Assembly (NCBI GenBank): GCA_964016885.1
Contig: OZ024745.1
Location: forward strand, 9,300,001-9,364,000
Direction: 5' to 3'
DNA: 64,000 nt
Origin: Eledone cirrhosa
Lineage: Eukaryota
Shown here one piece after another: positions 52,043 to 64,000 of this stretch (the stretch's first letter is position 1; each line of letters opens with the position of its first letter). The notes below the pieces were generated by a model that had not been told where the DNA came from, made no database searches, and saw nothing but the letters and a program-made list of their open reading frames with translations. A program made the translations under genes and the position numbers.

Positions 52043-52654
52043 TTGTGTCAGGTCACCAGTTGGTGCTACTGGTAACATGTATCCCAGTACAACCTGACTC
52101 ATGGTCGGGTCGTTGGCGACTAAACTGGCAACCCCACCAAGGTTTCTTGGTGAGGAGGGTGGCTTTGGACATCCTGCAGGACTAAAAATAAAACCTGTCA
52201 AAAGGCAAAGGGGCTCTTAAGAGTCAATAGCCATCCAAAATCACGGGGAGAGATGACCCCTTAGCCTTTGTCAAGGCAGAATTCTAGGAGAAGGAAAACT
52301 TTGATATAACACCTGCAACCCTGATGGTATCCAATGATGTTGAATTGTTCTTCTTTTTGGTAAATATCATCTTGGTTAAGAGAGTGGGACTGGCTTTGTG
52401 CAGTGCCTTTGCTCACTATAAAAGCTTCACAGCACAGGCATTGCTTTATATCTGGAGATCTCTCTGCACTTGTCGTCACATGGTACCATGGGCCCAGCAC
52501 TATGTGTCAATAATTGTCACAAGTGTAGTGTTTGTACCAGAGTTTTCAAGTCGCTGGCTGGACTAAAAAGTCACATTCGTTCAGCGCATTGGTAGGGGTT
52601 CTCCTACATGGATATAAAGTAGTGGCCGTACTCGAAAACGAGTTGGCAGCCACC
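52043..52654 (+). mobile_element. Putative bipartite non-autonomous RTE (5' UTR joined to C2H2-coding 3' end)
   Basis: CTAGGAGAAGGAAAACT motif at 52284; CSVC-x12-H-x4-H then stop at 52524-52595; terminal stem-loop 52622-52653; (TA)n on both sides. Confidence 0.65.
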
Positions 52655-55065
<2,411 letters not shown>

Positions 55066-58000
55066 ACAGAGCCCCCACGCATCACCAGTATTATTACGCG
55101 GACCAATCAGAAACCAGAGGCCTATACTATCGCTTGCCTGGTTGCCTTTCGATATATGATGGATGGATGGACTGCGGAATCCTGGAGAGTGGAGGTGAGA
55201 GAGAGAAAAATCTGGACGCTCAGCGACAATGCCAAAGATAAAGACAAATTCACCTCTTGGACGAGAATGCGAGCACTCCTCATTGTTTCGACCGCGGACG
55301 GCTAACATAACCCCCATCGCCCCCCGCCCCCCACCGCCCCCAACCCCCAAACGCAATCCAAAACTTCAGAGTTGGTACCATAAATGTAGGCACCCTAAAG
55401 GGTCGCGCTAACGAGGTTGTAGAAATGCTTGAACGTAAGGAGGTCGATGTTTGTTGTATTCAAGAGACCAGGTGGAGGGGTGGGTCTGCTAGGTTCATTG
55501 AAGGTAAAAAACGATGTTATAAGCTTTTCTGGGTGGGAAACGACGATGGGCTGGGTGGAGTAGGAATCATGGTAGCAGAAAAGTGGGCAGATAAGATAAT
55601 AGACGTAAATAGAGTGAACGACAGAATAATTAAAATACGACTTGTCCTCAATAGAACTACGGTGACAGTAATATCTGCGTACGCACCCCAATCCGGACTG
55701 CCCGGCACTATAAAAGACAGATTCTATGAGACACTGATGCTAACTACCTCCCAAATATCCGACAGTGACTATATAATTATCGCAGGCGACCTAAATGGTC
55801 ACGTTGGACAACATTGTGACGGCTACGACGAAATCCATGGAGGCTATGGGTTTGGTACTAGAAATGAGGAAGGCTCCAGAATCCTGGAATTCTGTGATGC
55901 AAATAACCTAACTATCTGTAACACTAACTTCAAAAAACGTGACAATCACCTGATCACCTATAGATCCGGGGAACACACAAGCCAGGTAGATTATATCCTT
56001 ACCAGAAGACGTGACAGAGTGTCTGTTGTAAACACTAAATCCCTCCCCCATGAAGAATGCACCTCCCAACATAGACTGATAATTAGCGACCTCATAGTCA
56101 GGACGAGACGTACTCGACAACAGAAGAGGACTATCCTCAGGAGGAAAATATGGAAGCTAAAGGACCCCACAGCCAGGAATAAATTTCAAAGCATATTACT
56201 TGATGCTTTCGACAGTAAGGAAGAACATTTAGAGTCGGACAATATAGAGGGAGAGTGGGAATTTCTGAAAGCAAACCTGCTGTTGGCGACAGACGAAGTC
56301 TGTGGCTGGAGCAGGCCTGTAGGCAGGAGGAGAGTAACATGGTGGTGGAACAGTAAGGTGGAGGGGTCAATTAAGGCCAAAAAGCAGGCTTGGAAAGTAT
56401 GGCGGGATGGGGGAAGTAGAGAGGACTATCAAGTGGCCAGGAAGGAAGCTAGGAGACAAGTGTACTTAGCAAGAAGGGAAGCTGAGGAAAGAAAGTTCAA
56501 GCATGTTCTACAACGCGATGACCAAAAACGTGAGGTGTTCAGGATTGCTAGGCAATGCGTCAAGGAAAACCGTGATATTGTCGGGGAGAAGTGTGTACTA
56601 AACGACGATGGCACACTTGCCATCACCGACGCTGATAAGAAGGTAGCTTGGAGGTGTCACTATGAAAGGCTACTAAATGAGGAGAATAATTGGGAGAAAG
56701 GCAGTCTCCCCCATATCGACCCAATAGAGGGACCAGCAGTGTTAGTCGAGGGGAGTATAATAAGTAAGGCAATCAAGGATATGAAGACGGGTAAGGCGGC
56801 TGGGCCTTCGGAAATAGTTGCTGAGATGCTGAAGGCATCTGGCACGGTGGGACACACCATGGTCACCCGCATAGTTAACCAAGTCGTACAGAATGGGGTT
56901 GTTCCGAAGGACTGGCATAGCAGCATCATCGTTAACTGTTATAAGGGTAAAGGAGACGCCCTAGATAGGAGTAACTATAGAGGCATTAAATTAATCGACC
57001 AGGTCATGAAGGTCACGGAAAAAGTAATAGCGCAACTAATCAGAGAGAGAATTGACCTAGATGAAATGCAGTTCGGGTTTGTGTCAGGCAAAAGTACCAC
57101 AGACGCTCTTTTCATAGTACGACAACTACAGGAGAAGTACCTAGCTAAAGGTAAACCCCTCTACTTAGCTTTTGTCGACTTGGAGAAAGCCTTCGACAGA
57201 GTCCCCCGCTCCATTATCTGGTGGGCTCTTAGAAAACTAGGCGTTGACGAATGGCTTGTGAGGGCTATACAAGCCATGTATAAAGAAACAGTCAGCAAGG
57301 TTAGAATTAACAACGAATATAGTGAAGAGTTTAGCGTAAAAGTTGGCGTCCATCAGGGCTCTGTTCTCAGCCCACTACTATTTATTATTGCCCTTCAGGC
57401 TATAACAGAGGAGTTCAAGACAGGCTGCCCATGGGAACTCCTATACGCAGACGACCTGACACTCATAGCGGAATCAATGGCCGAGCTAGAGAAGAAATTC
57501 CAAACATGGAAGCACGGCCTAGAGTCAAAAGGACTTAAAATTAACCTGGCTAAGACCAAAGTACTAGTTTGTAGGAAAGAAAACAAGGCGGCGGTCCCTT
57601 CTGGGAAATGGTCGTGCTCGGTGTGTAGGAAAGGCGTAGGTAGAAACTCCATTTTATGTCCTAAATGCAAAGTATGGGTGCATAAAAGATGTAGTGGGAT
57701 CACAGGTAAGCTAACTAAGAACATAGATTTTACATGTGGCCGGTGCTCTGGTGCAATAAGTAGCAGCAAGTGCCCACAAACTACTAGCTCTTTCAATTGC
57801 GCAGAGGGTTCTATAGAAATAGTGGACAGCTTCCGTTACCTGGGCGATAAAATCAGCAGTGGGGGAGGGTGCTCTGAAAGTACTGTAGCTAGAGTCAGAA
57901 CTGGTTGGAAAAAGTTCAGAGAGCTTATACCACTATTAGCTGCTAAAGGGTTCTCACTAAAAATGAAAGGCAGGTTGTACGATGCCTGCATACGAACAGC

Positions 58001-58812
58001 AATGCTGCATGGCAGTGAGACCTGGGCATTGTGTGCAGAGGATATACGCAGACTAGAGAGGAACGAAGCTTGCATGCTCCGCTGGATGTGTAACAGTAAT
58101 ATACGTGAACGGCAAAGCATAAACGAACTAAGGAAAAAATTAGAGATAAGAGGGATCAGATGTTGTTTACTCGAGAGAAGGCTACGTTGGTATGGACACG
58201 TGATGCGCATGAAAGTCGATAGCTGTATAACAAAGTGCAGGGCAATAAAGATAGACGGTAGTCACGGAATAGGCAGACCTAGAAAAACCTGGGACGAGCT
58301 GATAAACTCCGACATCACACACTTACACCTCTCCAAGACAATGTCACTGGACCGAGACCTTTGGCGGTACTCAGTAACAGAGAAGACCCGCCTTACCTAA
58401 ATATATAGTAAAACCTACTCCAGCCAGTAGGCATCTCTAACAAAATTCACCCCGTCCCACCACCCCCACCCCCACCCCATCCACACCACCCCATCCACAC
58501 CACCCCGTTCTATGTAAAGTTATGTTGGTGCCGCGCCATCGAGGCCGAAACAAATGAGATCGTGTAGGTGTCACGACAAAAAAACACACAGTCCACGCTT
58601 TAATGTGGCCGTGTAGGCAACACGGTAAAAACCTCCCAGACCCACACTGTAAATGTGGTTGGTGTTAGGAAGGGCATCCAACTGTAGAAAACCTGCCAGA
58701 CAGTCCTATGCGAGCAAGACAATCACTCTTGCCTCAAGTGGGACTACCCCCGTCCAAACCCATGCAAGCGTGGAACACGGACGTTAAACGTTGATGATGA
58801 TGATGATGATGA
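55066..58812 (+). mobile_element. Apparently full-length PHD-RT RTE LINE (subfamily C)
   Basis: 5' leader, APE-RT ORF without stops, ~390-bp 3' UTR, (GAT)n tail, microsatellite on both sides. Confidence 0.95.
55425..58400 (+). CDS. LINE polyprotein: AP endonuclease + reverse transcriptase with inserted PHD finger (991 aa from first ATG; frame open from 55311)
   Basis: APE QETRW, SAYAP, GDLN, QVDYIL, SQH; RT YADD at 57444-57455; PHD at 57615-57746; GTINVGTL motif in frame upstream of the ATG. Confidence 0.93.
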   Translation: MLERKEVDVCCIQETRWRGGSARFIEGKKRCYKLFWVGNDDGLGGVGIMVAEKWADKIIDVNRVNDRIIKIRLVLNRTTVTVISAYAPQSGLPGTIKDRFYETLMLTTSQISDSDYIIIAGDLNGHVGQHCDGYDEIHGGYGFGTRNEEGSRILEFCDANNLTICNTNFKKRDNHLITYRSGEHTSQVDYILTRRRDRVSVVNTKSLPHEECTSQHRLIISDLIVRTRRTRQQKRTILRRKIWKLKDPTARNKFQSILLDAFDSKEEHLESDNIEGEWEFLKANLLLATDEVCGWSRPVGRRRVTWWWNSKVEGSIKAKKQAWKVWRDGGSREDYQVARKEARRQVYLARREAEERKFKHVLQRDDQKREVFRIARQCVKENRDIVGEKCVLNDDGTLAITDADKKVAWRCHYERLLNEENNWEKGSLPHIDPIEGPAVLVEGSIISKAIKDMKTGKAAGPSEIVAEMLKASGTVGHTMVTRIVNQVVQNGVVPKDWHSSIIVNCYKGKGDALDRSNYRGIKLIDQVMKVTEKVIAQLIRERIDLDEMQFGFVSGKSTTDALFIVRQLQEKYLAKGKPLYLAFVDLEKAFDRVPRSIIWWALRKLGVDEWLVRAIQAMYKETVSKVRINNEYSEEFSVKVGVHQGSVLSPLLFIIALQAITEEFKTGCPWELLYADDLTLIAESMAELEKKFQTWKHGLESKGLKINLAKTKVLVCRKENKAAVPSGKWSCSVCRKGVGRNSILCPKCKVWVHKRCSGITGKLTKNIDFTCGRCSGAISSSKCPQTTSSFNCAEGSIEIVDSFRYLGDKISSGGGCSESTVARVRTGWKKFRELIPLLAAKGFSLKMKGRLYDACIRTAMLHGSETWALCAEDIRRLERNEACMLRWMCNSNIRERQSINELRKKLEIRGIRCCLLERRLRWYGHVMRMKVDSCITKCRAIKIDGSHGIGRPRKTWDELINSDITHLHLSKTMSLDRDLWRYSVTEKTRLT

Positions 58813-58824
58813 TATGTATGTATG

Positions 58825-58857
<33 letters not shown>

Positions 58858-58884
58858 GTATATATATGTATGTATGTATGTATA

Positions 58885-58920
<36 letters not shown>

Positions 58921-59122
58921 TGTATATATATATATATATATGTGTATGTATGTATGTATGCATGTATGTATGTATATATATATATATATATGTGTATGTA
59001 TGTATGTATGTATGTATGTATGTATGTATATATATATATATATATATGTGTATGTATGTATGTATGTATGTATGTATGTATATATATATATATATATGTG
59101 TATGTATGTATGTATGTATGTA
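58813..59122. repeat. (TATG)n/(TA)n microsatellite
   Basis: Direct reading. Confidence 0.97.
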
Positions 59123-61508
59123 TCATCATCATCATCATCATCATCAGGTTTAGCGTCCGTGTTCCACGCTTGCATGGGTTTGGACGGGGGTTTTCCCACT
59201 TGAGGCAAGAGTGGTTGTCTTGCTCGCATAGGACTGTCTGGCGGGTTTTCTACAGTTGGATGCCCTTCCTAACACCAACCACATTTACAGTGTGGGGCTG
59301 GGAGGTTTTTACCGTGTTGCCTACACGGCCACATTACAGCGTGGACTGTCTGGCGGGTTTTCTACAGCTGGATGCCCTTCCTAACACCAACCACATTTAC
59401 AGTGTGGGGCTGGGAGGTTTTTACCGTGTTGCCTACACGGCCACATTTACAGCGTGGACTGTGTGTTTTTTGTCGTGACACCTACACGATCTCATTTGTT
59501 TCGGCCTGGATGTTGTGGGACCAACATAACTTTACATTGAAAGGGGCGGTGTGGAGGTGGTGGGACGGGGGTGTGTTTTGATAGAGGTGCCTACTGACGG
59601 TAGTAGGTTTTTACTTTGTATTTAGGTAAGGCGGGTCTTCTCTATTACTGAGTACCGCCAAAGGTCTCGGTCCAGTGACATTGTCTTGGAGAGGTGTAAG
59701 CGTGTGAGGTCGGAATTTATCAGCTCGTCCCATGTTTTTCTGGGTCTGCCTACTCCGTGGCTACCGTCTATCTTTATTGCCCTGCACTTTGTTATACAGC
59801 TGTCGTCTTTCATGCGCATCACGTGACCGTACCAACGTAGCCTTCTCTCGAGTAAACAACATCTGATCCCTCTTATTTCTAATTTTTTCCTTAGTTCGTT
59901 TATGCTTTGCCGTTCACGTATATTACTATTGCACATCCAGCGGAGCATGCAAGCTTCGTTCCTCTCTAGTCTGCGTATATCCTCTGCACACAATGCCCAG
60001 GTCTCACTGCCATGCAGCATTGCTGTTCGTATGCAGGCATCGTATAACCTGCCTTTCATTTTTAGGGAGAACCCTCTAGCGGCTAATAGTGGTATAAGCT
60101 CTCTGAACTTTTTCCATCCAGTTCTGACTCTAGCTACTGTACTTTCAGAGCACCCTCCCCCACTGCTGATTTTGTCACCCAGATAACGGAAGCTGTCCAC
60201 TATTTCTATAGAACCCTCTGCGCAGTTGAAGGAGCTAGTATTTTGTGGGCACTTGCTGCTACTTATTGCACCAGAGCACCGGCCACATGTAAAATCTATG
60301 TTCTTAGTTAGCTTACCTGTGATCCCACTACATCTTTTATGCACCCATACTTTGCATTTGGGACATGAAATGGAGTTTCTACCTACGCCTTTCCTACACA
60401 CTGAGCATGGCCATTTCCCCGATGGGACCGCCGCCTTATTTTCTTTCCTACAAACTAGAACTTTAGTCTTAGCCAGGTTAATTTTAAGGCCTTTTGATTC
60501 TAGGCCGTGCTTCCACGTTTGGAATTTCTTCTCTGGTTCGGTCATTGATTCAGCTATGAGCGTTAGATCATCTGCGTATAGGAGTTCCCATGGGCAGCCG
60601 GTCTTGAACTCCTCTGTTATAGCCTGAAGGGCAATAATAAATAGTAGGGGGCTAAGTACAGAGCCCTGATGGACACCAACTTTTACGCTAAACTCTTCAC
60701 TATATTCGTTGTTAATTCTAACCTTACTGACTGTTTCTTTATACATGGCTTGTATAGCTCTCACAAGCCATTCGTCAACACCTAGTTTTCTAAGAGACCA
60801 CCAGATAATGGAACGGGGGACTCTGTCGAAGGCTTTCTCCAAGTCGACAAAAGCTAAGTATAGGGGTTTACTTTTAGCTAGGTACTTCTCCTGTAGTTGT
60901 CGTACAATGAAAAGAGCGTCTGTGGTACTTTTGCCTGACACAAACCCGAACTGCATTTCATCTAGATCAATTCTCTCTCTGATTAGTTGCGCTATTACTT
61001 TTTCCGTGACCTTCATGACCTGGTCGATTAATTTAATGCCTCTATAGTTACTCCTATCTAGGGCATCTCCTTTTCCCTTATAGCAGTTAACGATGATGCT
61101 GCTACGCCATTCCTTCGGAACAACCCCATTCTGTACGACTTGGTTAACTATCCGGGTGACCATGGTGTGTCCCACCGAACCAGATGCCTTCAGCATCTCA
61201 GCAACTATTTCCGAAGGCCCAGCCGCCTTACCCGTCTTCATATCTTTGATTGCCTTACTTATTATACTACCTTCAACTAACACTGCTGGTCCCTCTATTG
61301 GATCGATCTGGGGGAGACTGTCTTTCTCCCATTTGTTCTCCTCAAGTATGCCATCATCGTTAAGTACACACTTCTCCCCGACAATATCACGGTTTTCCTT
61401 GACACATTGCCTGGCAATCCTGAACACCTCACGTTTTTGGTCCTCACGTTGTAGAACATGCTTGAACTTTCTTTCCTCTGCTTCCCTTCTTGCGAAGTAC
61501 ACTTGTCT
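59123..61508 (-). mobile_element. PHD-RT RTE subfamily C, 5'-truncated; ORF 59622-61502 with 60-nt in-frame deletion; ~112-bp duplication in 3' UTR
   Basis: Protein nearly identical to residues ~345-991 of the 55425 ORF; duplication 59231-59342 / 59343-59455. Confidence 0.95.
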
Positions 61509-61765
61509 ATGTATATATATATATATATATATGTGTATGTATGTATGTATGTATGTATGTATGTATATATATATATATATATGTGTATGTATGTATATAT
61601 ATATATATATATATATGTGTGTATGTATGTATGTATGTGTATATATGTATGTATGTGTATATATGTATGTATGTGTATATATGTATGTATGTGTATATAT
61701 GTATGTATGTGTATGTATGTGTATATATGTATGTATCTATGTATATATATATATATATATATATA
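61509..61765. repeat. TA/TATG microsatellite
   Basis: Direct reading. Confidence 0.96.
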
Positions 61766-62004
61766 GTTTTGCAAGGTTTTTTATATGAAATCGTGTCGAA
61801 ACAAATATTGTTATACTTGGGGAGGGTCATATTTGTGTAATATTGCCAGAATTAATAACAGAACACACTCACTGTTTGGTTGGTTTTCGCTTCTGTCTTT
61901 TATATCAGTTAATTTAATTTATTCGGTCCTCAATGTTGCCATTGACTGACCAAAAGTTAAAAATACAGATACAATATAGACACAAACACATATATATAGT
62001 CTAT

Positions 62005-63900
62005 CAAAGTTCTTTCGTTGCACATCTGCAAAGACCACAAGACAGTCGATGACCCGACAACAGGACCACCAACAAGACCCGTATGCGGAGAAAATATAGC
62101 TAGCAACTACAGGATCTCCTACTTCCTCTCAATGCTCATACGCCCCATAATCAAGATGTCCCTAGATGTATGTGACAGTTCAGAGGACCTCCTCAGCAGA
62201 ATCAGTGAGTGCAACAAAAACAGGAACCTATCCAACTGCATAATAGGCAGCATGGATGTGGTGTCACTGTACCCATCCATTAACATTGATTTTGCTGTGT
62301 AAAAATGTGTGGAGATGATCATTGAGAGTGAAGTGGAGTTCTGCGACATCGACACGGACGAACTGGGCCTCCTACTTAGACTTACCTACGACACTGACTA
62401 CCTAGACAGCCATGACCTTAGACGTTTCTGCCCCAGTAGACCCATAAGAGGTAGACCCTCCCCACCATAACCTCTGACAAAAAGACTCCCATGGGAAGGT
62501 GGATTGGGTGGACCAAAGCTATACAGACCCCCCAAAACAATGATCAGGTAAGAAAAATGGTCGCACATGCAATAGGGGCTAGTATCAAAACTACCCTAAA
62601 GTGCCACATATTCAAGTTCAAGATCTACACCCAAAATGAGGGAGCAGCCATTGGCGTCAGCATAACTGATAACGTTGCCAACCTTTTTATGGTATGGTGG
62701 GAAAGGAGACTCAAAGATCTCCTTGATGAGAGCTCCATAGACCTCATCGTGTACTCTCGTTACGTAGACGACATCAATATAGTAATAAGGACATCCCCAC
62801 AAGAGAGCACTAACAAGTTTGATTTAGAACGTAGCACATTGGAAAGCATCCAGCAAAGAGCTAATTCCATACACCAGAGTATAACTGTAACTATCGACTA
62901 CCCTTCCAAACACCCTAACAATAGACTACCTATATTAGACACGGAACTCTGGATTAACACTATAGACGAGAGAGCCCAAATTCTCCACTCACACTATGCT
63001 AAACCCATGGTCTCCAAATACCTGATACTCAAAAACTCAGCAATGTCCAGTAGTGCTAAGTTTAATATTCTGATCGCAGACTTGGTACGAGTGATGAAGA
63101 ACGTGTCCCGCATGTGCGACCCAACAGAAATGGAAAGACACATCCAAAGACACATCCAGTTCTCTGGCTACAACCAAAGAGACAGAATCAGAGTATACAA
63201 AGGAGCCATGGAGAAGTATAAGACCCTCATAGAACTGGACATGAAAGGAATTTGCCTATTATACAGGAGCAAATCATGGAATAGCTTAGACAGGACTAGA
63301 CATAAGATAGGGAAAGCCACCTCATGGTACGACAACCAGAGATACCACAGTGTCATGTTTGTGGACGCTACCCCTGGAGGGAAATTAGCTAACCAGTGTA
63401 GAAAGGCCCTGAGAAAGACCCACTTAAAGATTAAGGTGGTAGAAAGGCAGGAACCACCATAAAATCCCTGATCAGCAAAACCTACCCTTTTAAGAAAACC
63501 CACTGTACTAATAGGAAATGTATCATATGTAGAGTAAAGCCCCGGATAAACTGTAAAACTAGAAATGTAGTCTATAGCATAAGATGTACAGCGGGTACTT
63601 GCAGAAACATGACAACAACATACATAGGCGAGACAGCTTGTAGCATAGGTGAAAGGATAGACCAACACTGGAGGGAACTAAAAGGACGAAAAAACGCTTA
63701 AGTACTATACGAACATGCCAGACAACAACACAACGGTAACATAGACAACATAGAAGTTAGAATAATATCTAAACATAGAAATGACCCAGCAGATAGGCAA
63801 ATCAGAGAGGCCAGCGAAATAGAACTTAGAAGGCCAAGGATGAATGGAATAACAACAACACACAAACAAACAACACTGACCTAAGAGAAGTATAAATAAA
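62005..63900 (+). mobile_element. Penelope-like retroelement (RT + GIY-YIG endonuclease), decayed
   Basis: HKT...TRPVCG, SMDVVSLYPSI, QNEGAAIG, RYVDDI, LPILD, HYAKPM; then CTNRKCIIC...CKTRNVVYSIRC...YIGET...ERIDQH (about 63500-63670); stops and frameshifts present. Confidence 0.88.
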
Positions 63901-64000
63901 TAAATACATACACAAGCACAATAACAACAAACACATATAAACACACACTAGTAAACTAAGATAGAATACATTAACCAATACACAGTCACCCAAACAAGAA

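Noticed and set aside
55066-55310. HDV-like ribozyme at the RTE 5' end
   Set aside because: A GGCTAA is present but consistent P1/P2/P3 pairings could not be assembled by eye
55425-58400. Bacterial RT system (retron, group II intron, DGR)
   Set aside because: APE-RT architecture, 5' truncations, TSDs and (GAT)n tails identify a eukaryotic non-LTR retrotransposon

Overview
This is AT-rich metazoan genomic DNA, not prokaryotic. The SINE families and very long (TA)n/(TATG)n arrays suggest a cephalopod such as Octopus (inference from recalled repeat consensuses, not a search). No host protein-coding exon could be supported. The window is a retroelement landscape. It holds about 10 copies or fragments of one RTE-clade LINE family whose reverse transcriptase carries a C4-H-C3 PHD finger inserted inside the RT domain, including an apparently full-length copy with a long uninterrupted ORF (55066-58812). 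It also holds a second decayed full-length RTE, plus CR1-, R4/Dong-, Tx1- and Rex3/Expander-type LINEs, a Penelope-like (RT + GIY-YIG) element, tRNA-derived SINEs, MITEs, a ~7 kb 29/34-bp satellite locus, several minisatellites and kb-scale TA microsatellites. Most notable are: (i) the PHD-in-RT RTE family; (ii) its repeated nesting in one polarised (TA)n/(TATG)n array (48890-61765); (iii) exchange of 3' modules between this LINE and a tRNA-SINE; (iv) type I hammerhead-ribozyme motifs of Penelope type at 13528-13585 and 28452-28546; (v) a bipartite non-autonomous RTE. All coordinates were read by eye and repeat boundaries are approximate.
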